DNA from: a virus
IMG/VR virus record: IMGVR_UViG_3300020419_000859
Reading direction: 5' to 3' (one strand)
DNA: 64,000 nucleotides
Positions 37,858-46,448 of the stretch are shown in pieces; the first letter of the stretch is position 1, and every line of letters begins with the position of its first letter. The notes under the pieces are model-generated. The model ran no database searches. It was not told where the DNA came from and saw nothing but the letters and a program-made list of their open reading frames with translations. The translations under genes were made by a program, and so were the position numbers.

Positions 37858-39594
37858 ATGACAAGATATAGAAAAACAATGGCAGAGGCCTGGAACGAGT
37901 CAATCTTAATTGAGAGTGGCTTAATGGGTACTATCAAACCAGATCAATTAGACAATATCAAAAAAGTATGGGCTAAAAAGTCTATGAAAGATGTCACTCC
38001 TGGAGTGAGAGCTATGTTGGCAAAATTAGATATGCCTACTAAAGTTGCAGTTAAACATGCTAATATAAATGTACTATCTAAACTAGTATTAGATGAAAAA
38101 GAATTAGAAGAACAAACAGAATTAGACGAAGGCAGAATGAAAGATATATTTACTGCCGACCAAGAAGGCAAGTCTGCCGAAGAAATAGCAAAGAGATTAA
38201 AAATATCAGTAAAAACAGTTAAAGATATTTTAGGTGTAAAAGAACAAGTGGCAATAGATGAGGGTGGTGTTAAGGCTGCTCTTATGGATGTAGAAGATGA
38301 CGCTACTAGAATGGACTTAAACAAGTTTATTAGAAAACATTATGGAACTATGGGCTTATCTGCTCAAGAATTAAAGAAAATATTTTACAGAGTTAACAAT
38401 GAAGAAACTGAATTAACAGAAATTGCTAACTTTACTGCCTCAATGATTAATGTTCTTAAAAAAGAATACGAACCAATGAGAGGTAAAAAAATTACAGCTG
38501 CTAGAGCAAAACAATTAATGAACATACTTGATAAACTAAATGATAAAAATTTAGAAACTTTATCAAAACAAAATATACCTTTTGTATCAAGTGGTTCTGC
38601 TAGTAAACTTGCAGTAAGAAAAATGAAATTCAAAGTCACTAACGTAAACCCTTTCAAAGAAGAGGTTGAAAGTATAGACGAGAAGATTGATCCGTTTATG
38701 TTATCTTACAGTGACAGATATGGTAAACATGCTGGTTTTGAGGGTGCTAAAACTTTACAAGACTTACAAAACAAGGCAGCCAATTTAAGAAAAAAAGGAT
38801 TTAAGATTGATAAAATGGGTAGATATAATCCACCTGTTAAAGAAGATATACAAAATGAAGCATGTTGGGTAGGTTATAAACAAGTAGGTATGAAAAACAA
38901 AGGTGGTAAAGAAGTACCTAATTGTGTACCCGAAGATAAAGAATTAGAAGAACATATAGAAGAAATGGCTAAAGATGACGCTTATGCAATCGGTATGGCA
39001 GCCGCTAAAAAACACACAGGCGATACTGAACCACCTTTAGAAAAATCTACAATTACTAAAGGTCATGAGATTGCAAAGAAAATATTAAAGAAAGAAGATT
39101 TAGACGAGAGTACAAAGGCAGTTAGAAAAAAAGCAGACAAATCTAAAATGCCTTATTCAGTATTAAAGAAAGTTTACGATAGAGGTATGGCAGCTTGGAA
39201 AGGTGGCCATAGACCAGGTGCAACACAAGTACAATGGGCTCTTGCTAGAGTAAATTCATTTATTACAAAAGGCAGTGGCACATGGGGTGGCGCTGATAAA
39301 GATTTAGCAAAACAAGTTAGAAGTGAAGATTTAAGGGCAGTACCACAAGACGGTGACGTTAAGAAAAAAGATGGTACTCAACCTAAAAAATACTATAAAG
39401 GGTTAAGTAAGTCAGAAAAAGGTAAGAGAGCAGATTACTTTAAAAACAATGACAGTAATAAACCAGCACCAGGTGATAAAGACGCAAAAACTAAACCATC
39501 TATTCACACTAACAAATATAAAAAAATGTATGGCGAGGGTGCAAAACAATTAGTAGATAGAATATTAAAAGAAAAAATGGAGAAAAACAAATGA
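37858..39594 (+). CDS. Modular Lys/Glu-rich protein; candidate internal-head polyprotein
   Basis: Short modules separated by LDE/IDE/LTE/LEE linkers; includes ACWVGYKQVG...VPNCVP and VYDRGMAAWKGGHRPG...QWALARVNSF modules. Confidence 0.65.
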   Translation: MTRYRKTMAEAWNESILIESGLMGTIKPDQLDNIKKVWAKKSMKDVTPGVRAMLAKLDMPTKVAVKHANINVLSKLVLDEKELEEQTELDEGRMKDIFTADQEGKSAEEIAKRLKISVKTVKDILGVKEQVAIDEGGVKAALMDVEDDATRMDLNKFIRKHYGTMGLSAQELKKIFYRVNNEETELTEIANFTASMINVLKKEYEPMRGKKITAARAKQLMNILDKLNDKNLETLSKQNIPFVSSGSASKLAVRKMKFKVTNVNPFKEEVESIDEKIDPFMLSYSDRYGKHAGFEGAKTLQDLQNKAANLRKKGFKIDKMGRYNPPVKEDIQNEACWVGYKQVGMKNKGGKEVPNCVPEDKELEEHIEEMAKDDAYAIGMAAAKKHTGDTEPPLEKSTITKGHEIAKKILKKEDLDESTKAVRKKADKSKMPYSVLKKVYDRGMAAWKGGHRPGATQVQWALARVNSFITKGSGTWGGADKDLAKQVRSEDLRAVPQDGDVKKKDGTQPKKYYKGLSKSEKGKRADYFKNNDSNKPAPGDKDAKTKPSIHTNKYKKMYGEGAKQLVDRILKEKMEKNK

Positions 39595-40340
39595 GTTATT
39601 TAAAAAATAAACCAAATTCTCTAGAAGACATGGCAAAACAAATGTCAATTCATACCAATGAATCTGATTACAAAACTATGTTTAAAAAAGAGTTAGAGAA
39701 ATCAGGTAAAAAAGGTATTGGTTCTATGACAGATAAAGAAAAAAAAGATTTCTTTAACAGAATAGATAACAAGTATAGTGCTAAAAATGAAGCAGTGACA
39801 AATGAGTTAACAAGTGCTCAAAAGAAATTACCACCTGCTTTACAAAAAGCAATTAAAGCAAAAGAAAAAAAAGAAGAGTCTGTAAATTGGGCAGAGGCGG
39901 CTGAAGAACAAGAGAAAAGACAAGAAGACGCTAAGTATTTTAAAACAGAAGCTAAAGATATACCACCAATTGACAAAGACAATAAACCAGGTGTTAAGAT
40001 CGCTAAGATTAGAGCAATGAAAGGTGACGACAAAGAAAAGAAAGAGTCAGAAATTGAAAAACTTAAAGATCAAAACGCATTATTAAAACAAAAATTAGAA
40101 AACGAAAAACATAAGGCTGTAAAACCTCAACCTAACAAAGATACAGGAGAAGTACCTTTATCTATAGGTATTGCATACAAACATTTAAGAGACAAAATGC
40201 AAAAAGAGGAACAAGAAAAGTCTATGTCGGATACAACAGCAGAGAGAGATAAAGAAATGAAAGAACCAAAAGGTAAAACTATGACTGGTCAAGAAAAAAC
40301 TCCTGTTGAAATGAATCCAAAAATGAATCATAAATTCTAA
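39591..40340 (+). CDS. Charged hypothetical protein (internal-head/scaffold-like)
   Basis: Very K/E-rich, with KNE/TNE-type sites; coupled to the upstream gene. Confidence 0.6.
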   Translation: MSYLKNKPNSLEDMAKQMSIHTNESDYKTMFKKELEKSGKKGIGSMTDKEKKDFFNRIDNKYSAKNEAVTNELTSAQKKLPPALQKAIKAKEKKEESVNWAEAAEEQEKRQEDAKYFKTEAKDIPPIDKDNKPGVKIAKIRAMKGDDKEKKESEIEKLKDQNALLKQKLENEKHKAVKPQPNKDTGEVPLSIGIAYKHLRDKMQKEEQEKSMSDTTAERDKEMKEPKGKTMTGQEKTPVEMNPKMNHKF

Positions 40341-40342
40341 TC

Positions 40343-40573
40343 ATGGCTTGGGTAGACGTACCAAACTCTAATAGTATCTGGCAGTATGAAAACTCTGCTA
40401 CGATAACACACACATACAAAGATTCGGCTGATGGTGCGAACTCTGTAATATCAGGTGGTATTAGAACATATACAAAACCTGGTACAAGTGATACAGTACA
40501 AGTCTATATAAGAACAAGAAAAAAAGGTGAAACAACAGAGAGAGGAGAACTCTCAAAGACCTACTTTGATTAA
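40343..40573 (+). CDS. Hypothetical protein
   Basis: 76-aa ORF within the operon. Confidence 0.6.
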   Translation: MAWVDVPNSNSIWQYENSATITHTYKDSADGANSVISGGIRTYTKPGTSDTVQVYIRTRKKGETTERGELSKTYFD

Positions 40574-40578
40574 GAATT

Positions 40579-41073
40579 ATGGCAAAACTACCGAGAATAT
40601 ATTGTGACATGGATGGTGTCCTTTGCGATTTCGTAAAGGGTGTTGAGAAACTTCACAATATAACCATTGACAAATGGTCATATGGTAGTAAGACTGAAAA
40701 GTGGTCTAAAGTAAAAGCAACTCCTAGATTTTGGCATACTCTACCATGGCAGACAGGTGGTAGACAACTATGGTCTTTCATATCTAAACATAAACCACAT
40801 ATCTTATCAGCATACGTAGAGGAAAGTTTTGATCCTAATTGTATACCAGGTAAGACACATTGGGCAAGAACAAATTTAGGCCTATCAGCACCAAGAATTA
40901 ACCTAGTAAAACGTGTACAAAAACAACTATACGCAAAAGTATTAGGTGATCCAGCACTACTAATAGACGATTATAAGAAAAACGTAGATCAATTCATCGC
41001 AAGAGGTGGTAAAGCAATACACCACACTTCAACTTCCAACACAATTAGACAGTTAAGATCGCTAGGTTTCTAA
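40579..41073 (+). CDS. HAD-family phosphatase (5'(3')-deoxyribonucleotidase-like)
   Basis: IYCDMDGVLCDF, ILSA, GKTHW, LLIDDY. Confidence 0.85.
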   Translation: MAKLPRIYCDMDGVLCDFVKGVEKLHNITIDKWSYGSKTEKWSKVKATPRFWHTLPWQTGGRQLWSFISKHKPHILSAYVEESFDPNCIPGKTHWARTNLGLSAPRINLVKRVQKQLYAKVLGDPALLIDDYKKNVDQFIARGGKAIHHTSTSNTIRQLRSLGF

Positions 41074-41084
41074 CTTATTTCCGT

Positions 41085-41092
41085 TATAAATA
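41085..41092 (+). promoter_or_regulatory. T4-type late promoter
   Basis: TATAAATA upstream of 41139. Confidence 0.75.
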
Positions 41093-41138
41093 GTGCTAGT
41101 TATATAACAAATAAAACTTAATTAAGGGAGAAATTTTT

Positions 41139-41711
41139 ATGTCTTTATGGGGAAACGATATTAAGCCAAAAAATTTAACCGATGCCGAGAAGAAGGAAGT
41201 TTACGCTACTTCTAAAGGCTGGGTTAGAGAGGCTGGTTCTATTCTTTCTGGTAATGACAACACTAACGCAACTCCGGAAGTATTAGTAGCAATCGGTGGA
41301 TTAGCTACTGCTATGGGTGCAGGTGACATTACTGAAATAGAATTTATCACAACATCATTCAGCGTTGGAGCTGGTGGTGCTTTACAAGCAAGAGTAAGAT
41401 TTAACGAAGACGTTACCGTGACAGGTACACCTACATTAACATTACAAAATGGTAATCAAGGTTCTGGTTCAGGTAGAGGTCCACACGTTTTATCATACAC
41501 TACAGGATCAAACACTAACGAGTTAACTTTCAATTTAACTATTGGCGCTGGCGCAACTACAACAGCTGCAAACGACCAAATTACAGTTGGTGCAAACGCA
41601 TTATCATTAAACGGCGGAACAATTAAAGATAGAGGTACAACAACAAACTCTACTATAACTAGTGCCGCTGGTATTGGTACTGCTGCTGGTATATTAACAA
41701 TCAGCGCATAA
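41139..41711 (+). CDS. Putative virion structural protein (Ig-like beta domain)
   Basis: G/T/A-rich; VRFNEDVTVTGTPTLTL...LNGGTIKD; late promoter and strong SD. Confidence 0.65.
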   Translation: MSLWGNDIKPKNLTDAEKKEVYATSKGWVREAGSILSGNDNTNATPEVLVAIGGLATAMGAGDITEIEFITTSFSVGAGGALQARVRFNEDVTVTGTPTLTLQNGNQGSGSGRGPHVLSYTTGSNTNELTFNLTIGAGATTTAANDQITVGANALSLNGGTIKDRGTTTNSTITSAAGIGTAAGILTISA

Positions 41712-41733
41712 TTTTTAAAAGGAGAAAAACAAA

Positions 41734-42135
41734 ATGGCAAACATTACAAGTATAAACTTCGTTGAAGATACTCACAACAGACTAGCTGGCGGAAATATAG
41801 ACGCAACAGTACGTTGGTCAGACGATGTTATTATCGGTGGAGTACCAGTACTAACCCTAACTAACGACATGGGTGGTCCTGCTGGCGACACTAGAGTACA
41901 ACATTTAGAGTATGTATCAATGAACGCTCCAGACGAGGCGTTATTCAGAATAACTTTAGGTGCAGACGCAAGAGAAAACGGACAAAACGGAGACACATTG
42001 TCAGTTGGCGAAAATGCAATGGCACTTAACGGTGGTACAATCGTAAACCGAGTGACTCAAGAGAACGCAACTATAACGAACTCAGCGGCTATCGGTACAG
42101 CAGCAGGAACAGTAGAAGTATATACACCTGCTTAA
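41734..42135 (+). CDS. Paralog of the 41139 C-terminal domain
   Basis: VRWSDDVIIGGVPVLTL...VGENAMALNGGTI...IGTAAG. Confidence 0.65.
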   Translation: MANITSINFVEDTHNRLAGGNIDATVRWSDDVIIGGVPVLTLTNDMGGPAGDTRVQHLEYVSMNAPDEALFRITLGADARENGQNGDTLSVGENAMALNGGTIVNRVTQENATITNSAAIGTAAGTVEVYTPA

Positions 42136-42241
42136 TAATAATGAAATTCTATAGGTGTCCTAGTGGGCACCTATATAATAATAACAATTGATGTAGGAAA
42201 TACCTACAGTAGCATTCCCGAAAGGGTTTAAAGGAGAAAAA

Positions 42242-42703
42242 ATGGCAGACAAAAAGGTAACACAATTAACGGATCTAGGCACAGCTCTAGACACAGCAGA
42301 TTTATTTCATGTAATTGATGACCCAAGTGGTACACCTATTAACAAAAAAATATCAGCTGAAAATGTATTCAATAATATTCCAAGTTGGATTGCATTAAAA
42401 CAAACAGCACAAACAATAACAGCAAGTGGATCAAGTCAAGCGGCTGATCTAACTTCAGCTATTACTTTAGTTGACGCAACATCAAACACAGCGCCAACTT
42501 CATTAGCAGCTGCTTCAACAGATGGACAAATTAAAACAATTTTAAATGCGTCTACTGGTGGAACAAATGCAGTGACAATTACACCAGCAAACTTTAAACA
42601 AGGTACAACGGTTACATTAAACGCTCCAGGTGAGTCAGTGACTTTAATTTACAAATCAAGTTTTTGGTATGTACTTGCAGGTGAGGGTCACGTAGTAGCT
42701 TAA
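42242..42703 (+). CDS. Putative virion structural/fibre protein
   Basis: MADKKVTQLTDL...NKKIS N-terminus typical of phage fibre proteins; DGQIKTI...SVTLIY...W. Confidence 0.6.
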   Translation: MADKKVTQLTDLGTALDTADLFHVIDDPSGTPINKKISAENVFNNIPSWIALKQTAQTITASGSSQAADLTSAITLVDATSNTAPTSLAAASTDGQIKTILNASTGGTNAVTITPANFKQGTTVTLNAPGESVTLIYKSSFWYVLAGEGHVVA

Positions 42704-42727
42704 TATATAATATAATAGGAGTATATA

Positions 42728-42919
42728 ATGGTAATTGATGAAAAAGTATTACAGGAAGAAAAAGAGTTATTAACTAAAGAGTTTAACGAACTTTCTTCAA
42801 AAATTAAATCGGTTGAATTGAATGTTGGTACTATGAAGGCAAATTTAAATGCAGTCAATGGTGCAATTCAAATGACCGATAAACTATTAAATAGGTTAAA
42901 AACAAATGAAAAAATTTAA
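42728..42919 (+). CDS. Small coiled-coil protein
   Basis: Heptad pattern; GGAG SD. Confidence 0.6.
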   Translation: MVIDEKVLQEEKELLTKEFNELSSKIKSVELNVGTMKANLNAVNGAIQMTDKLLNRLKTNEKI

Positions 42920-43037
42920 ATCATTCGTAAAAGAAGAAGATTTAAAAGATTTTGAGGAAGATGTTTTAGCAGGCAAAAAGCCTGCTGAAGCGCCTGAAGA
43001 AACAAAAGAGGAAGAAAAAAAAGATGAAAACATTTAA
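42906..43037 (+). CDS. Small acidic protein, 43 aa, with an internal-protein-like N-terminus (below the ORF-track cut-off)
   Basis: MKKFKSFVKEEDLKDFEEDVLAGKKPAEAPEETKEEEKKDENI. Confidence 0.6.
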   Translation: MKKFKSFVKEEDLKDFEEDVLAGKKPAEAPEETKEEEKKDENI

Positions 43038-43452
43038 AAAGTACGTACAGGAACACATGACTGTTGGCGTTGGTACACCTGAAGTAAATTCTGTTGAAGA
43101 CGGAAGTATGGGTGTTCATAACATACATGATCCTAAAATTTTAGAGAGAGTGAATGCTTTTGTTGGTTCTATTGCTGAGAAGGAATATATTAATCCTTCA
43201 GCTGCTGTTGAACAACTAGCAAATAAATTGAAAACAATTGGACTAGAAGTAAAACTACCAGCAATGGAAGGCACTAATGGTACAATAACAGGTGAAGTTT
43301 GCCAATTCGGTGGAAGATTTGGTAAAGACGTAGATGGTTCTGATATTAATGATGATGGTATATCTCATAGAAAAGAGGGTGGCCTTAAACTAGAGGTTAA
43401 GTACGAAACATTAAAAACAGGATCAAGTAAAGTCTACGCTAAATTAGTGTAG
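43024..43452 (+). CDS. Hypothetical protein with an internal-protein-like N-terminus
   Basis: MKTFKKYVQE start; QFGGRFGKD motif. Confidence 0.65.
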   Translation: MKTFKKYVQEHMTVGVGTPEVNSVEDGSMGVHNIHDPKILERVNAFVGSIAEKEYINPSAAVEQLANKLKTIGLEVKLPAMEGTNGTITGEVCQFGGRFGKDVDGSDINDDGISHRKEGGLKLEVKYETLKTGSSKVYAKLV

Positions 43453-43456
43453 AACG

Positions 43457-43819
43457 ATGTTTAAAGAAATAACCAAAGATAACTGGTTGCTTTTTGCACA
43501 ACAAAATTATGATAACCCTACTCTAGAAGATGAGAAGGAGTTTTATGAAGATATTAAAAGAATAAGATATCTTAAAAGGTTATTTCGTAAGTATACGACA
43601 ACAGGTAATCTGAAAGTAAGATTGGTAGTTAATCACTTAATTATCTTACAAAACGTATTCGGAGTTGAAGCGGCGATTACTTTACTCTTGTTTAAGATAG
43701 ACAAGAAATATTGGGGTATGCTTAAAACATTTTTAGAGTACCTAGAATACCTATATCCACATGAGTTAACTGATATTCAAGGTGATCCTAAAGTAGAAAA
43801 AATGTTAGAGGAACTATAA
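43457..43819 (+). CDS. Conserved T4-like hypothetical protein
   Basis: YDNP...EFYEDIKRIRYLKRLF...LVVNHLIILQNVFG. Confidence 0.75.
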   Translation: MFKEITKDNWLLFAQQNYDNPTLEDEKEFYEDIKRIRYLKRLFRKYTTTGNLKVRLVVNHLIILQNVFGVEAAITLLLFKIDKKYWGMLKTFLEYLEYLYPHELTDIQGDPKVEKMLEEL

Positions 43820-44295
43820 TGAACAGAGGTGTAGATTTATTAATAACGTATAGAATTGTTAAGTTATTGGCGACGCCTTTTAACAAACAAGAAGCTTTTA
43901 AACTCGGTATCATAGATGAGAAAGGTACTGTTTTAAGAAAGTATAGAACTTTACAAAAGTCTTCAGAAAAAAGAGCATACACAATGCTACACAGGTTTGT
44001 ATTCAATTTAAAAAGAATATTAGCAAAGGCAGGAATTAGAGGTGCTTTAGGTTCTTTTGCAGTGGCAGCTGCTCTTTTATTTAAAGAAAATAAAGAGGCA
44101 AAAAAACACCAATTGGTAATAGAATCCGCTGTGATTACATATCTAAAACAGATAGATCAATACAATTCAATGATATCGGAAGACATAAATATACCAGACA
44201 TACAGGAGACGCCAGTTATGAATTGTTTTGGTGTTGATGTATTTGAAAAAGATGGAGAATTAATAAGCGAGTACGAATATGACAAGACATTATAA
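43819..44295 (+). CDS. Conserved T4-like hypothetical protein
   Basis: AFKLGIIDEKG...AYTMLHRFVFNLKRIL. Confidence 0.7.
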   Translation: MNRGVDLLITYRIVKLLATPFNKQEAFKLGIIDEKGTVLRKYRTLQKSSEKRAYTMLHRFVFNLKRILAKAGIRGALGSFAVAAALLFKENKEAKKHQLVIESAVITYLKQIDQYNSMISEDINIPDIQETPVMNCFGVDVFEKDGELISEYEYDKTL

Positions 44296-44644
44296 AGCAA
44301 TGATGGACGAAATCATTAACAAGATGGACGAAGACGCTCCAGCTAATGCTACAGGTACGGCCGTTGCAGGAACAGGTGACGACAACTCTGTACATACAAA
44401 AAAATCAGAATTAGATAAGATGAAAAGACGTGATCCATTGGCAACAGGATATGTTGGATCAGTTGTACCTTTATCAACAAGAATTAAAGAGAGTGACGAT
44501 AACAATAGTATGATGTTAAAAGGTGTGTTAGATAAAATTGATAGTATAGAAGTTAAGATAGATGAAATGACACAACCTAAAACAGAAATTATAGAAACAA
44601 AAGAAAAAGAATATAAAACATTTAAGGACAAATACAATGCTTAA
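44279..44644 (+). CDS. Hypothetical protein
   Basis: MDEDAPANATGTAVAG; in operon. Confidence 0.6.
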   Translation: MTRHYKAMMDEIINKMDEDAPANATGTAVAGTGDDNSVHTKKSELDKMKRRDPLATGYVGSVVPLSTRIKESDDNNSMMLKGVLDKIDSIEVKIDEMTQPKTEIIETKEKEYKTFKDKYNA

Positions 44645-44834
44645 AACTTTTGAAGAATATCTTACAGGTAAAAAGAAAGAGAAAAAAGTTAAGAAAGAAT
44701 ACATGGGTTCTGCTGTTGCAGGTCAATCGGGTCCAGGTTTAGGTAGATTTAGACCCACAGTAAGTATGTATAAAAAGTCCGAAGGAACAGCTTTACATAA
44801 GTACCTAGTTAAAAAAGGTGTTTTAAAAAAATAA
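44637..44834 (+). CDS. Small basic protein with an internal-protein-like N-terminus
   Basis: MLKTFEEYL start; AAGGA SD. Confidence 0.6.
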   Translation: MLKTFEEYLTGKKKEKKVKKEYMGSAVAGQSGPGLGRFRPTVSMYKKSEGTALHKYLVKKGVLKK

Positions 44835-44842
44835 GGAGAACA

Positions 44843-45442
44843 ATGGAACATTTAGATTTGTTAATACAATTAGCAACGAAATTCTGGATGTGGACTGTAT
44901 TAATAACACTAATTATAATTGGTGCAATTATTAACTGGTCTGACAGAATACATTTAAAAGGCAGAGATAGAAGATTTAAATATAAAGAAATGCCACATAT
45001 GAAACCTATATTGATACCAACTAAATCAAAAGGTTTTTGGGGTGGTATATTATTATGGTTATTAACTGTAAGAACATGGGAACTAGCCAAAGATTTTAAA
45101 TACGAACTAGACGGAACAAAGTATGTTATACCAGAAGGCTTCGTGTTTGATGGTGCAAGTGTACCAAAATTTTTAGCTTCGTTTTTATCTCCAGTAGGTG
45201 TTTTACTTATTGGTGGTTTAGTACATGATTATGCCTACAAGTACACGGCTTTAAGACAACAAGGTACTACAAAAGGTGCAATCACAATATTAGATAAAGC
45301 AGAAGCAGATAGAATATTCAGAGACATTAATATAGAGGTTAACGGATTTCATCTACTAAACTATTTAACTTATTGGGTATTAAGAGGTTTTGGTTTTGTA
45401 GCATGGAATAAACACCGAAAGGTAAACGCTAAAATAAAATAA
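44843..45442 (+). CDS. DUF1353-like membrane-anchored protein
   Basis: IPEGFVFDGASVPKF...LVHDYAY...EADRIF. Confidence 0.75.
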   Translation: MEHLDLLIQLATKFWMWTVLITLIIIGAIINWSDRIHLKGRDRRFKYKEMPHMKPILIPTKSKGFWGGILLWLLTVRTWELAKDFKYELDGTKYVIPEGFVFDGASVPKFLASFLSPVGVLLIGGLVHDYAYKYTALRQQGTTKGAITILDKAEADRIFRDINIEVNGFHLLNYLTYWVLRGFGFVAWNKHRKVNAKIK

Positions 45443-45504
45443 GGATATACATGAGTAAATATCAAGATTTTAAAAACAGCACTATAAAAAAAGGGAGAAA
45501 ACAT

Positions 45505-45663
45505 ATGGAATGGTTAAAAGGAAGATGTAAAGAGTTATCATCATTACATGGTGGTGCTCTAATTGCAATGGGACTTGTTGTTCTATTTGCAGGTCCATTT
45601 GCTAAAATGGCAGCTTGGGCTGCTATCGCATACGGAGTATGGGCAATTTGGAAGAAGGACTGA
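45505..45663 (+). CDS. Small two-helix membrane protein
   Basis: MEWLKGRCKELSSLHGGALIAMGLVVLF...; AAGGGAG SD favours ATG 45505. Confidence 0.6.
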   Translation: MEWLKGRCKELSSLHGGALIAMGLVVLFAGPFAKMAAWAAIAYGVWAIWKKD

Positions 45664-45673
45664 TTGACAATCC

Positions 45674-46138
45674 ATGGGAATTAGATTATTTTTTATAGGC
45701 ATTATAATCAGCGCCGTAATAGGCGCTGGTGCCTATGTTATGAAATTGCAAAAAGACAATGCAATTCTAAAAGAGAACGCAGTTAAATTAGAGTCTGCTA
45801 TACAAGATCAAAAAACTCTAATAGAAAATCAACAGAAAGATTTTCAAGAGATATTAAAAGCTAACAATAAAATGAACGAGTTAGTGGGTGTCTTAAAAAA
45901 AGATTTAGAAAACCTTGATAAAAGGTTTAATAAAAAGAATAGAGACGTTGGTAAGTTAGCTATAGCTAAAACTAAATCTATTGAAAGAATAACAAACGGT
46001 GCGTCAGCACTTGCTACAAGATGTATTGAGATCGCAAGTGGATCACCTCTAACAGAGGAAGAAAAAAATGCTACAAAGAAGTCAGAGATTAATTCTGAAT
46101 GTCCTAGTATTGCTAACCCTAATTACGTGCCTTACTAG
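45674..46138 (+). CDS. Putative i-spanin
   Basis: N-terminal TM, long coiled coil, C-terminal Cys; overlaps a lipoprotein gene. Confidence 0.6.
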   Translation: MGIRLFFIGIIISAVIGAGAYVMKLQKDNAILKENAVKLESAIQDQKTLIENQQKDFQEILKANNKMNELVGVLKKDLENLDKRFNKKNRDVGKLAIAKTKSIERITNGASALATRCIEIASGSPLTEEEKNATKKSEINSECPSIANPNYVPY

Positions 46139-46448
46139 TTGTAGTAGCGTAAAGAAGTTAAGCATATTTAAGGAAGAAGTTAAGAGACAAGAACTTAATC
46201 TAGAGAAACCTACACCACTTGAATTAGAAAATTTAAGGTGGATTATAATCACTTCAGAAAACGCAGACGAGGTATTTAAAAAACTAGAAGAAAAAGGCAT
46301 AGATCCTGTACTATGGGGTCTAACAGATAAAGATTTTGAATTGTTAGCTAAGAATTTCGCACATATACGTAATCAATTAATGATTACAAATGAATTATTG
46401 GATAAGTATAAAGAGTATTACGAGCCAGAGGAGAAAAAAGATGAGTAA
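46068..46448 (+). CDS. Putative o-spanin lipoprotein
   Basis: Signal peptide with lipobox LTSC; starts inside the 3' end of the i-spanin-like gene. Confidence 0.6.
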   Translation: MLQRSQRLILNVLVLLTLITCLTSCSSVKKLSIFKEEVKRQELNLEKPTPLELENLRWIIITSENADEVFKKLEEKGIDPVLWGLTDKDFELLAKNFAHIRNQLMITNELLDKYKEYYEPEEKKDE

